A stretch of DNA of 38,989 nucleotides, taken from Clostridia bacterium (GTDB taxonomy: Bacteria > Bacillota > Clostridia > Christensenellales > Pumilibacteraceae). The position numbers and the translations under genes are program-made. How positions within the stretch are numbered: position 1 is the first letter of the stretch; each line of letters begins with the position of its first letter. Location of the stretch: NCBI GenBank assembly GCA_017960845.1, contig JAGCYK010000033.1, positions 1 through 38,989 on the forward strand. The letters are read 5' to 3'. Of the stretch, positions 24,975 through 34,664 are shown one piece after another. The notes beneath the pieces were generated by a model. That model was given only the letters and a program-made list of their open reading frames with translations, did no database searches and was not told where the DNA came from.

Positions 24975-26582
24975 TTAATCTAGTTTATCCGGATCGACTA
25001 ACGGCAATTCAAACCAGAAATCACTGCCCTTACCCTTGATGCTTTTAACACCGTAACGCACATTGTGCAATTCTAAGATGGATTTAACAATAGATAGGCC
25101 TAAGCCACTTCCTAGCACCTTTCTTTTGTCTTGAATAAGCCTATAGTATTTTCCCCAAACCTCTGCCATTTCTTCTTCTGTCATTCCCTTGCCGGTATCT
25201 ATAATGTCTACGCAGGCTACATTAGCTGTCTTTCTGCATTTAATGCGTATCAATTTATCCGGACCGGTATAGTTCATTGCGTTTCCTATAAGGTTATATA
25301 GCACTCTCTCTATTCTTTCAGAATCTGCAAAAACAAAGGCCTGGTCTACAATATCCGTCTCTATGTTATATCCTTTTGCGTCTTCCATTATGGAAAAGTG
25401 CCCTACCGTCTCTTTAATAACAGAAGATAGATCAAAGATTGCCGGATGCATTTCGAACACTCCAGACTCGAGTTTGCTTAGCTCAATAACTTCGCTTATA
25501 AGCGTGGACATTCTATCCGTTTCAGAAATTATTATGCTTGCATTTTTAGCGCTCTTTTCCTGGTTTCCGCCGGTAATATCTCTTATCATCTCTGCGTATG
25601 CCCGAATCATTGTTAGAGGCGTTTTCATATCGTGCGACACGTTTGCAAGAAGCTCCCTGCGGAATTTGTTGTTTCTTTCGGCGCGCTCAATAGCGTCATT
25701 AAACGCAGCTGACAGCTCGTTTATCTCTGCAAGATCTGTGTCTGTTGGAAGCGGATCTTCCTTTTTTCCTTTCGTTCTTTCTCCAACGCGCATAGTCAGC
25801 TCGCGCATAGGCCGCGCCGCAGACCCAGAGCCGACATAAGCAACAGCAACGGCGATAATAAAGAGAACGACAGAAACGACTAGCATCTGGCTGGAAAAAC
25901 TATTTCTTGCAGAATAAATCGGCGATATTTCAGTGGACACATAGACATAATGGTTTTGCCCGCCAAGCACTGTCCAATAGCCATATATTACCAGCTGCTC
26001 GGTAAAAGAAGCCTGGTTTGTATTAAACACATACGCGGTGTCCTTTTTTGACACTTCGTTGTAATATGCTTGTTTTATTTCTGTTGTCAGCGCACGTGGA
26101 ATCGTTCCTGTTCCAAAAACTGAAGAATACCTTATGTTGTTCGCTTCATCAAAAATAACGACAGTAACTCTATTCTTTAATGTTTGTTCGGCAATATAAT
26201 CGTTAAAAGCATCGCTAAACCCGGCGCCCGAGCCAATGTTTCGATCCTCTTTCATCACCTCAACAATTTCATTTCCTATTCTTGCGATTGTAGACTCTTC
26301 TATGTTGATGCTTATAATCGAATAGTAAATAAGCTCATAAACCCACATGATTGCAATGGTAAAGAAAGTCATTATAGTAAAAATTGTCCATAGACGGAAA
26401 CGAATGGACTTAAGCTTGGGAATGACTATTATAGGGTCATCCCTCTTCTTTCCTTTCCTTTGCGGTTTGTCTGATTCTGTTTGAATCGTCGATGGCGAAA
26501 AGACAATCTCAGAAACATTTTCTTCGGGATTGTCTTCTTTTTCCACTACGGGACTATCTTGTTTTTTCATCCATCCAAACAT
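24975..26582 (-). CDS. Sensor histidine kinase (HisKA/HATPase_c)
   Basis: 535 aa with two TM segments flanking an extracytoplasmic loop. It has the H-box LANVSHDMKTPLTMI, the N-box LYNLIGNAMNYT and the G-boxes DTGKGM and GSGLGLSIV. Confidence 0.88.
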   Translation of the reverse strand: MFGWMKKQDSPVVEKEDNPEENVSEIVFSPSTIQTESDKPQRKGKKRDDPIIVIPKLKSIRFRLWTIFTIMTFFTIAIMWVYELIYYSIISINIEESTIARIGNEIVEVMKEDRNIGSGAGFSDAFNDYIAEQTLKNRVTVVIFDEANNIRYSSVFGTGTIPRALTTEIKQAYYNEVSKKDTAYVFNTNQASFTEQLVIYGYWTVLGGQNHYVYVSTEISPIYSARNSFSSQMLVVSVVLFIIAVAVAYVGSGSAARPMRELTMRVGERTKGKKEDPLPTDTDLAEINELSAAFNDAIERAERNNKFRRELLANVSHDMKTPLTMIRAYAEMIRDITGGNQEKSAKNASIIISETDRMSTLISEVIELSKLESGVFEMHPAIFDLSSVIKETVGHFSIMEDAKGYNIETDIVDQAFVFADSERIERVLYNLIGNAMNYTGPDKLIRIKCRKTANVACVDIIDTGKGMTEEEMAEVWGKYYRLIQDKRKVLGSGLGLSIVKSILELHNVRYGVKSIKGKGSDFWFELPLVDPDKLD

Positions 26583-26590
26583 TCTACTTT

Positions 26591-27250
26591 TTAGAGAACC
26601 AGTTTATATCCGCTACCTCTAAGCGTAACTATTTTATCTCTATACTTTCCAAGGTTTGCTCTGAGCATTTTAATATGCGTGTCTACCGTGCGAGCGTCTC
26701 CTATGAAGTCGTACCCCCATACATCCTGAACAAGAGTCTCTCTAGTTACCACTACGCCCTCGTTTCTAACAAGATAGAAAAACAAATCGTATTCTCTAGG
26801 CGTGAGGAAAACTTTCTTCCCGTCAACCTTAAGGCTTCTTCCTGCTATATCTATTTCAAGTCCATCGGATACAATCTTATTTGGAGCTGCTTTTCCACGG
26901 CGAAGAACCGCTGCTATTCTTGCAACTACCTCTTTCGGAGAGAAAGGCTTTGTAACATAGTCATCCGCACCTATTTCAAAACCGAAAAGTTTATCGTACT
27001 CTTCCGTTCTGGCAGAGAGCATTATTACAGGTATGTTTTTGTCTTTTTTTATTTCTTTGACGGCTGAATATCCGTCGAGCTTTGGCATCATTACATCCAT
27101 AAGAATCAAATCGGGGTCTGTTTCTTTAGCCTTTCTGATTGCATCCATGCCATCAACGGCTTCCTCAACAGTGTTTCCGTCGAGTTCTAGGTACTCACGC
27201 ATAACGTCGCGAATGCCCTGTTCGTCATCAACCACAAGAATCTTAGCCAT
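26591..27250 (-). CDS. OmpR/PhoB-family response regulator
   Basis: 219 aa with a receiver domain (VVDDE...DLILMDVMMPKLDG) and a winged-helix C-terminus (LTPREYDLFFYL...VDTHIKMLR). Confidence 0.9.
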   Translation of the reverse strand: MAKILVVDDEQGIRDVMREYLELDGNTVEEAVDGMDAIRKAKETDPDLILMDVMMPKLDGYSAVKEIKKDKNIPVIMLSARTEEYDKLFGFEIGADDYVTKPFSPKEVVARIAAVLRRGKAAPNKIVSDGLEIDIAGRSLKVDGKKVFLTPREYDLFFYLVRNEGVVVTRETLVQDVWGYDFIGDARTVDTHIKMLRANLGKYRDKIVTLRGSGYKLVL

Positions 27251-27252
27251 AA

Positions 27253-28218
27253 TTATCCTCCTAATGTCATCACCACCGTTATAATATATCCGGTGATTAG
27301 TGCATATGCGATTAATCCAAAGATAATCGCGATATTTTCTTTTATATTTTTGTTTTCTTTAATTAAAACAGCCATGCCTACGCCTGCGTTTACCGCAAGT
27401 CCGGCTATTGTTGCGCCAAGCGAAAGCGTTCCGCCTATAAACATTTCGGTTATAAGCACACTTGCTGCGCAGTTTGGAATGAGCCCTACGATGCTGGCAA
27501 GCAATGGTTGCAGCCATACGCTGCCGCTCATAAAGGCTTCAAAAGCGCCCTCTCCGGCAAAAGTATCTATTAAATAGATTGCCGTTCCTAGCAAAATGTT
27601 AATTGCCAAAATATATGCCGTTATTATTAGCGTGTGCTTTAAAGGGTGTTTGAAATATGTGTGCCATATGTGTTTGCCCCGGCTTTCATCATCATGATCG
27701 TGGTCACCAGCATCACTGTTTTGAACGCATTCTTTTGGCGCGCCGGCAACGGCGTGTCCGCAGCAACCATATTCGCTAGACGACTCGTCTCCTTCTGAAA
27801 AAGAAGAAAGTTCGCGTTTTCTTAAAATAGCATTGAGAAGATATCCGGCAAGAAGCGCCATAACAATTTTTATTCCGAGAAGTAGCGCCAGATCTATCCA
27901 TTTTTCCGGCTGTAATGTTGCCCGGCCGAGAAGAATCGGAATGGCCTCGTCGCTCGTTGCAATGAATACAGCAATTAGCGTTCCCAGGCGTATTCTCTTT
28001 TTTGAATAAAGCTCGCTTGCAATTACCGAAAAACCGCATTGTGGAAGTAGAGCTACACCCGTGCCTAATAGAGGCGCGATCGGTCCGACAAGATGGCGAC
28101 TGACCCTAAGCTTTTTCATGTTGCCAACTTCAAAAAAACTAATTAGAAGATGAGCGACCAAAAGCCATGGGAGCAGCAATAACGTATCAAGCAAAGCATC
28201 CAGTAAAACTTCTGCCAT
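27253..28218 (-). CDS. Polytopic membrane protein with duplicated Cys motifs (PQCGFS / PNCAAS) and a His/Asp loop; putative metal-ion permease (ArsP_2/DUF2899-like, from memory)
   Basis: 321 aa in two homologous halves, each with a P-x-C-[GA]-[FA]-S motif. The central loop is CCGHAVAGAP...DAGDHDHDDESRGKH. The start abuts the stop of the upstream gene. Confidence 0.5.
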   Translation of the reverse strand: MAEVLLDALLDTLLLLPWLLVAHLLISFFEVGNMKKLRVSRHLVGPIAPLLGTGVALLPQCGFSVIASELYSKKRIRLGTLIAVFIATSDEAIPILLGRATLQPEKWIDLALLLGIKIVMALLAGYLLNAILRKRELSSFSEGDESSSEYGCCGHAVAGAPKECVQNSDAGDHDHDDESRGKHIWHTYFKHPLKHTLIITAYILAINILLGTAIYLIDTFAGEGAFEAFMSGSVWLQPLLASIVGLIPNCAASVLITEMFIGGTLSLGATIAGLAVNAGVGMAVLIKENKNIKENIAIIFGLIAYALITGYIITVVMTLGG

Positions 28219-29916
28219 TTATTGCTCCTGAGACATAAATGCATACGCCTCTTTTTGAGAACCGGTAATGGAGCGTATTGAAAAGGCAATATTAACCAGA
28301 TGGTCTCCGACTCTTTCGAGAGCTTCTATTGCTGAATAAAAATATGTTCCTGTCTCTATATCGCAACCACCGCTGTTAAGCCTGTCTACATGATTGTTTG
28401 AAAAATCTTTTTTCATTTTGTCAATGGCGTTTTCCATATCGGTGATTCCGGGAAGGCGCTTATCGTCTTCGCTTTCGAATATTTCGAGTGTGCTTTCTGC
28501 CATTTTCAGCACACTCTCTCTCATCTGCTTTAGTTCCTCTATTGCGGCATCTGAAAAATGAATGCCCTCTCTCTTCATCTTTTCTGCCTGCTCGCCAAAA
28601 TTTTCGGCATGGTCGCCGATTCGCTCCATATCGTCTATAACGTGGTGGAATGCACCGACCTGTCTTTCCATTTTAGCAGACAGCTCTAGTCCGGCCAGAC
28701 TAACCAGATAATTGGATACTTTCTTTGTGATGAAATCTATTTGTTCTTCCTGATGAGAAAGCTGGCTTAACTCCGAAAAATCTCCGTCTATAAGTGCGTT
28801 TAAGCCTCTAGATAGGTTTTCTGTTGCCATCCTTCCCATATTCCAGATTTCCTTTTTTACCTGCATTGCCGCAAGCGCAGGCGTTTTGAAGAGCCTGTCA
28901 TCTATATAATATGTTCTAAGAACGGCAACTTCTCCGGGTTTGTCCGGAATAATTTTTCTAGATAATGCGGCTATAGGGGTTGTAAAAGGAAGCACTGCAA
29001 GCGCCGCAACAAGATTGTAAACAAAACCAAAGATAGAAAGAGACCAGGTCGGGGATTCTATGAGTCCAAACACATAGTTGATTACCCCCTTGTCTCCCAC
29101 TAAAAACAAAGAATTGCTCGCCCAGATTATTCCGCCTAAAACTAGTGCCGTAGAGGCGGCATCCAGCGTGTTCATTACGGCAAGTCTAATTGCGTCTTTT
29201 GACGCCCCAATCGAGGCAAGAACGCCCGTAATGCAAGTGCCCACCGATGCGCCAACTAAAATAAACATTCCGGCATCAAAAGTGATAGCGTTTGCGCTTA
29301 TTAGGGCAATTAGCATTACGCTGACAGTAGAAGAAGACTGCAGCAGCGCCGTAACAACTATTCCGATTAAAACCAAAAGAGGCGGAATGTTAATTGCCTG
29401 AAACATCGCCTGGAACGAATTCATTATGTCTTCATTGCTACTGATTGCCGATTTTACGAGATACATTCCCGCAAAAAGGGTTCCGAACCCCGCAATGATA
29501 TATCCTATTTGAACTATGCTGTCTTTTTTACCGAATAAAATTAAGCAAACCCCAACCAGTCCTATTGCACAAAATACAGATGAAAGAGGAAGAGAGGAAA
29601 GGGATGCCAGTAAACCGGTAGCCGTAGTTCCGACCTTTGCTCCCAAACATACAGCTAGCGCTACCGGAAGCGACATAAGTCCGGCATTTACTAGACCCAT
29701 CGCAACAACGGTTGTTGCGCCGGAAGCCTGAACAACGGTTGTTACTCCCATGCCAATTCCAAAAGAAACTATCTTTCTGTTGTTTAAATGATCAAATAGT
29801 GTCTTAAGGCTCTTCCCTGCGCTTTTTCTAAGCCCATCGCCCATAAGGTGCATTCCTAGAAGAAAGACCCCGAGCCCGGCAAGGATATAACAAACATCTT
29901 GAAACAGTTCCATCAA
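28219..29916 (-). CDS. Na+/phosphate cotransporter family protein with a PhoU-like C-terminal domain
   Basis: 565 aa. It has two Na_Pi_cotrans-like membrane repeats. The cytoplasmic helical C-terminus has duplicated ...ERIGDHAEN... / ...ERVGDHLVN... PhoU motifs. Confidence 0.8.
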   Translation of the reverse strand: MMELFQDVCYILAGLGVFLLGMHLMGDGLRKSAGKSLKTLFDHLNNRKIVSFGIGMGVTTVVQASGATTVVAMGLVNAGLMSLPVALAVCLGAKVGTTATGLLASLSSLPLSSVFCAIGLVGVCLILFGKKDSIVQIGYIIAGFGTLFAGMYLVKSAISSNEDIMNSFQAMFQAINIPPLLVLIGIVVTALLQSSSTVSVMLIALISANAITFDAGMFILVGASVGTCITGVLASIGASKDAIRLAVMNTLDAASTALVLGGIIWASNSLFLVGDKGVINYVFGLIESPTWSLSIFGFVYNLVAALAVLPFTTPIAALSRKIIPDKPGEVAVLRTYYIDDRLFKTPALAAMQVKKEIWNMGRMATENLSRGLNALIDGDFSELSQLSHQEEQIDFITKKVSNYLVSLAGLELSAKMERQVGAFHHVIDDMERIGDHAENFGEQAEKMKREGIHFSDAAIEELKQMRESVLKMAESTLEIFESEDDKRLPGITDMENAIDKMKKDFSNNHVDRLNSGGCDIETGTYFYSAIEALERVGDHLVNIAFSIRSITGSQKEAYAFMSQEQ

Positions 29917-29959
29917 CTCTCCTTAGTTCAACGCCCGCACCTAAACGGCGCTTACTTGA

Positions 29960-29988
29960 ATAATAGTACAATAATCTTGTTGTGTCAA
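29960..29988 (-). promoter_or_regulatory. Promoter of the five-gene operon (TTGACA, 17 nt spacer, TATTAT)
   Basis: Minus strand: -35 at 29983-29988 and -10 at 29960-29965. AAGGAG lies upstream of the ATG at 29916. Confidence 0.5.
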
Positions 29989-30194
29989 TAAATATCTTCA
30001 CGCGCTTAACACATTCTATGCACTTAACTTGCTTTGTTTTCACATAATCAACACTATTTGACTCGCATTGCCATTATTTTTCCACAAAGTGTCCCTTTTT
30101 AGTTCTATTTCTTCAAATAAATATGTGCGCAATGCGCGCGTTTGTGCTATTATGGAATAGAAATACGTTCGCTAGTGGCGCAAAGGAGGATCTT

Positions 30195-31901
30195 ATGCAA
30201 AGAATTAAAAACTTCTACAAAGTCATTACTTCTATTCTTCTTTCTGTATTGTTTCTTTTCATTATAGCCTTCTCTTCTTGCTCTATAACAATAGACGGGC
30301 GCACTTACTTTAATTTAAGCAACATAGAGTATGAAACTTTTGATGATACAAAACTGGTCGATACTCTTGATGCGGCCGAGGCGTTATCCAAAAAACTTGC
30401 CACGATGACCGAAGAGGACGCGAATGGTGCGACCGGAATTGCGCAAACAACTCTTTTTATAAGCTTTTTAAACACGCTGACCTCTGAGCTTAACAGTTTT
30501 GCAAATGCTTTCGTGATAGCGCGAATAACATATTTCAAAGATGCCGCTGACATGGAAATGGCAAACACTTATTCTTCTTTATTGGAAAAATATACATCTT
30601 ATTACAACCGATATCTTTCTATTCTCGGCAATATCGTAGACTCGCCGTTTGGAACGCTGCTTTCAAAAGAAGATATAGATTTTATAAATAAAAAGGCTGC
30701 TCTATCTAACAACGAACAGTTTGTTGCCAAGCAAAAAGAATTGAACCAGCTAGCAAACGAATATATTCGTGCTTACAACGGAAAAGCCTATAATACCTAT
30801 ACGCAGGCGGATGCGCTTGACGTTGCCGCCAGATTAATACAGTTCGCTAAAGTTGCGAACGAATCGATTGCCGAAACGAGTTATACTTCGTATGCTGAAT
30901 ATGCTTATGCTGAAGTTTTTGAACGTGGTTTTTCTCCTCAGCAGGCCTCCGTTATGACAAGCTACGTAAAAGAATATCTTTCGGATCTTTATTATATGTT
31001 GCCGAACATTAATGAACAAGAGGAATTGATAGCGCTTTCTTCTATTAACACAAAGATAGACAGGGCTTACTCGGCAAAAAAACAAACCGTTAATCTACTC
31101 TTTAAAGACAAGATAAAAGAATATGCAAACGAGATTGGCGGCACTATGCCAAAGGCTTTTGATTACTTAAATGCCTGCGAATTGTATCAGGTGGGAGACA
31201 AGGCCACCTCTTATAACGGAGCACACACATCGATGCTTCCGTTATATAACTCCCCCTATATTTATGCCAAATTAAAAAACAATTATTCTGATTTAACTAC
31301 TTTTATTCACGAGTTCGGCCACTTTAACGCCTATTATGCCGACGCCCCGAATACAAGCAATTACGATATTGCGGAAATACATTCTCAGGGAAATGAATTC
31401 CTCTTTATGGATGTTTATGAAAAAATGGGCGGGTCGACACTTAAAAAGGGAATGCTGAAAGCCAGCTTAAAATCAAACATTGTTTATGCTTTGAATATGG
31501 GCTGCTTAATGGATGAACTTCAGCAATATGTCTATGAAAATGCGGACACGCTTACTCCCCAAGACGTTTGCAACAAGCAGAATCAATTACTGGAAGAGTA
31601 CTCACTGACAGCAAAAGTAATTGGGGATCCCTCCTTCAGATATTTTTGGGCGGCTATTCCCCACACCTTTGAAGATCCGTTTTATTATATAAGTTATGCC
31701 GCTTCTCTTATCCCCGCACTTGAACTTTTTGAACTCTCCGAATCCGGCCATAGAGCTGATGCTATCGCAGCATACAACTATATTGTTAGTTCAGACGAGA
31801 AGGACTATGGCGCTCTATTTAGAGGCGCCGGACTCAGTGGACCTTTTTCCGAGGCGGTATATCCTAACATTAGAGACACCCTTCTCCTCCGTACGGTCTA
31901 A
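30195..31901 (+). CDS. Lipoprotein-anchored zinc metallopeptidase (HEFGH; M3B/oligoendopeptidase-F-like)
   Basis: The ATG at 30195 is preceded by AAAGGAGG. The N-terminus MQRIKNFYKVITSILLSVLFLFIIAFSSC looks like a lipoprotein signal. The zinc motif is FIHEFGHFNAYY. 568 aa. Confidence 0.6.
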   Translation: MQRIKNFYKVITSILLSVLFLFIIAFSSCSITIDGRTYFNLSNIEYETFDDTKLVDTLDAAEALSKKLATMTEEDANGATGIAQTTLFISFLNTLTSELNSFANAFVIARITYFKDAADMEMANTYSSLLEKYTSYYNRYLSILGNIVDSPFGTLLSKEDIDFINKKAALSNNEQFVAKQKELNQLANEYIRAYNGKAYNTYTQADALDVAARLIQFAKVANESIAETSYTSYAEYAYAEVFERGFSPQQASVMTSYVKEYLSDLYYMLPNINEQEELIALSSINTKIDRAYSAKKQTVNLLFKDKIKEYANEIGGTMPKAFDYLNACELYQVGDKATSYNGAHTSMLPLYNSPYIYAKLKNNYSDLTTFIHEFGHFNAYYADAPNTSNYDIAEIHSQGNEFLFMDVYEKMGGSTLKKGMLKASLKSNIVYALNMGCLMDELQQYVYENADTLTPQDVCNKQNQLLEEYSLTAKVIGDPSFRYFWAAIPHTFEDPFYYISYAASLIPALELFELSESGHRADAIAAYNYIVSSDEKDYGALFRGAGLSGPFSEAVYPNIRDTLLLRTV

Positions 31902-31939
31902 ATCCGCTTTGAGTTTAAAGAAAATACACAAAAACAAAA

Positions 31940-31976
31940 AGTGCCTTCCTTCGAAAAAAACAGAAAGCACTTTTTT
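31940..31976. terminator. Bidirectional terminator between the peptidase gene and the ABC-F gene
   Basis: AGTGCCTTC...GAAAGCACT flanked by an A-run and a T-run. Confidence 0.55.
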
Positions 31977-31996
31977 AACGACTTGTGCGGTTCAGT

Positions 31997-33577
31997 TTAT
32001 TTTGTCGACGCTATAAATTCGTCATAATCGCAATCTTTATCAAAAGATTTTTCTCCATTTTTTATCTCAATGATTCTTGTGCATGTCGTTTCAACGAGTT
32101 CCTGATCGTGTGAAACAAGTAAAAGCGGGCCCTTAAAGTTTATAAGCCCCTTATTCAATGAGGTGATGGACTCTAAGTCTAGGTGGTTTGTCGGTTCGTC
32201 CAAAATTAGGAAATTCCCCTGTGCCAACATCATTTTGGCAAGCATACATCTTACTTTCTCACCACCGGAGATTACCTTTGCTTTCTTAAGCGCCTCTTCT
32301 TTGGAAAAGAGCATTCTGCCCAGCCACCCTCTTAAGTATTCTTCGTCGTGTTGTTTTGAGTATTGATCCAGCCACCTGACAAGAGTAAGGTCAACTCCGT
32401 CGAAATAATTGTCATAGTTCTGCGGCATATATGCGGGGATTACCGAGCCTCCCCACTTAACGGTTCCTTTGTCTTGTTTTTCAATGCCTATGAGTATGTC
32501 AAACAGCATAGATAAAACGTTGCCGTTTTCGGCAATAAAGCCTATTTTATCTTCCGGTTTAACGGTGAAATATAAATCTTTAAAGAAGCCTTCTTTAGAC
32601 AGCCCTTCAACTTTGAGAATTTCTGCACCTAATGTTTTTTCGTATTTAAAGTCTACATATGGATATTTTCTTGAAGAGGGCTTGATGTCCGAGATTTCCA
32701 GTTTTTCCAGCTCTTTTTTTCTAGATGTAGCCGACTTTGCTCTCTTTGCATTGGCCGAGAACCTAGCGATAAATTCTTTAAGCTCTTTTGCTCGCGCTTC
32801 TGCTTTTTTATTTGCTTCTTTTTGCTGTCTTAGCATTAGCTGGCTGGTTTCATACCAGAAGTCGTAGTTTCCTACATACATCGTTATTTGTCTAAAGTCC
32901 ACATCGCAAATATGCGTGCATACGCTATTTAAAAAGTGACGGTTGTGAGATACGATTATTATGCATGTCTCTTCAAGTGACATTAAATAATCTTCTAGCC
33001 ATCTTGATGTGTGTGCGTCTAGGTTGTTTGTGGGCTCGTCAAGAACTAAAATATCCGGGTTTCCAAAAAGCGCCTGAGCCAAAAGAATTTTAACTTTAAT
33101 TTTGGGATCTACTTCGCTCATTAAAACATCAAATAGCTCCGAAGGAACGTTAAGTGAGTTAAGAAGCTGTTCTGCGTTCGCCTCGGCTTCGTATCCGCCT
33201 AAATCTCCAAATTCAGCCTCGTATTCTGCAACCAGTATTCCGTCTTCTTCCGAAAAATCTTCTTTGCAATAAAGAGCCGTTTTCTTTTCGTTGAGCTCCA
33301 TTAAGTGCCGATGTCCCCACATAACGCAGTCTCGAACGCTAACGTGGTCCCAGGCATTCTGGTTCTGCTCTAAAACACTCATTCTCTCGTTTTTGGATAT
33401 AGAAACGTCTCCCTTGTTTGGCTCAAGTTTTCCGCAAAGGATTTTAAGAAAAGTGGATTTTCCCGCTCCGTTTGCGCCGATTATCCCATAACAGTTTCCC
33501 TTAGTAAATTTTAAATTCACATTTTCAAACAATATTCTTTGTCCGAACTGAAGTGATACGTCTGTAACTTGAAGCAT
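31997..33577 (-). CDS. ABC-F family ATPase (two ABC domains, no TM domain)
   Basis: 526 aa with GANGAGKST plus LVLDEPTN, then LSGGEK plus ILDEPTNHLD. A charged inter-domain linker (QQKEANKKAEARAKELKEF) is typical of ABC-F translation factors. Confidence 0.85.
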   Translation of the reverse strand: MLQVTDVSLQFGQRILFENVNLKFTKGNCYGIIGANGAGKSTFLKILCGKLEPNKGDVSISKNERMSVLEQNQNAWDHVSVRDCVMWGHRHLMELNEKKTALYCKEDFSEEDGILVAEYEAEFGDLGGYEAEANAEQLLNSLNVPSELFDVLMSEVDPKIKVKILLAQALFGNPDILVLDEPTNNLDAHTSRWLEDYLMSLEETCIIIVSHNRHFLNSVCTHICDVDFRQITMYVGNYDFWYETSQLMLRQQKEANKKAEARAKELKEFIARFSANAKRAKSATSRKKELEKLEISDIKPSSRKYPYVDFKYEKTLGAEILKVEGLSKEGFFKDLYFTVKPEDKIGFIAENGNVLSMLFDILIGIEKQDKGTVKWGGSVIPAYMPQNYDNYFDGVDLTLVRWLDQYSKQHDEEYLRGWLGRMLFSKEEALKKAKVISGGEKVRCMLAKMMLAQGNFLILDEPTNHLDLESITSLNKGLINFKGPLLLVSHDQELVETTCTRIIEIKNGEKSFDKDCDYDEFIASTK

Positions 33578-33682
33578 TGTGCGTCTCCTATTTTTTTTGA
33601 ATTATAGCATATGGACTGGGGCAAAGACAAACAAATATATTTTTAACTTGTGCCCGGGGACGGCAAATGATATAATTAAAAC

Positions 33683-34345
33683 ATGAAAAAACAAGACATC
33701 AAAGAAAACTATGTCCTTGATTTATCTGAGGAAAGCCTCGCCGCTGCAAACAAAAAATGCAAGCGTCTGGCAATTCTAGCTGCGCTTGTATATATTCCGG
33801 TAGCCGTTTTATTTATTTACCCGGGTTTTTCCTCTTTAACCTGGCTGGTTGAAATATATGAGGCAAATATTGCTTTTGTTTTTTTGTTTATTCTCTACCT
33901 TATAGCTATCTGCTGGAACGCTGTTCAAAGCTATTTTTCTTATAAAATACGCCCTGTCGTTCCGAAAAAACAGGCTCCGCTTTTCGGTTTTGAAAAGATG
34001 TCCTATGTTGGCATTCTGCTCGCCTGCTTTATGGGACTAGCCTACTCTATTTATTTTGCCGTAATAATAGTCGGCTATTTGATCGCTTCTGGTATATTTG
34101 ATTATATTGGACTGATTGCTTTTGTTTCCATTACCGCTTCTTCTATTTTTTCTCTCTATTATTACATAACAACGTTCAATATAAACAAACATGCTCGCCT
34201 TGAAAAAGAAGAAGAAAAAAGAGACGAGTCTGAGCCTATTTTAAAAGAGCAAAGCACGCGCCTTTTCCATACATATGGGCTAACAGAAGAAGAAAAGGAA
34301 CTTGGAAAACAGGAGTTTGAGCCTGAAGATAAAAATGAACAATAG
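33683..34345 (+). CDS. Membrane protein with an acidic C-terminal tail, function unknown
   Basis: 220 aa with four predicted TM helices followed by EKEEEKRDESEP... Confidence 0.5.
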   Translation: MKKQDIKENYVLDLSEESLAAANKKCKRLAILAALVYIPVAVLFIYPGFSSLTWLVEIYEANIAFVFLFILYLIAICWNAVQSYFSYKIRPVVPKKQAPLFGFEKMSYVGILLACFMGLAYSIYFAVIIVGYLIASGIFDYIGLIAFVSITASSIFSLYYYITTFNINKHARLEKEEEKRDESEPILKEQSTRLFHTYGLTEEEKELGKQEFEPEDKNEQ

Positions 34346-34415
34346 TTAAGTTTGTCTTTTTTATATTTTGATTTGACTTTTATTTTTTTGCTGTGTTATT
34401 ATCTATCTACTTTTT

Positions 34416-34504
34416 GGAGAGGTATCGAAGTGGTCACAACGAGGCGGTCTTGAAAACCGTTTGGGGGCAACTCCACGCAGGTTCGAATCCTGTCCTCTCC
34501 GCCA
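34416..34504 (+). tRNA. tRNA-Ser (anticodon UGA), CCA encoded
   Basis: The acceptor stem is GGAGAGG/CCTCTCC and the anticodon loop is CTTGAAA. It has a long variable arm and the T-loop GGTTCGAATCC. A promoter (TTGACT 34373-34378 / TATTAT 34397-34402) lies upstream and a hairpin plus T-tract downstream (34509-34552). Confidence 0.9.
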
Positions 34505-34664
34505 AAATCACCCAACTTGAGCTTTAATGGCTTAAACTGGGTGTTTTCTTTATTCTCCACGCTTTTTGTTTTTTCTTCTCGTGGAACTAATGCCGATTCA
34601 ATGATTTACTGCTTTAACAATAAAAACAATTCTTTTTTACCGCTTGGTTTTTTTAAAAAAATAG

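Noticed and set aside
26492-27067. 191-aa plus-strand ORF spanning the junction of the response regulator and kinase genes
   Set aside because: It is antisense to two genes with unmistakable TCS motifs. Its Tyr/Phe/Ser-rich sequence matches no motif.
30006-30053. TTAACA / TTAACT / TTTTCA / TCAACA hexamers upstream of the Na/Pi operon promoter, considered as Pho boxes
   Set aside because: The spacings (18, 13 and 11 nt) do not follow the 11-bp periodic direct-repeat rule of PhoP/PhoB boxes. The hexamers are AT-rich and expected by chance.
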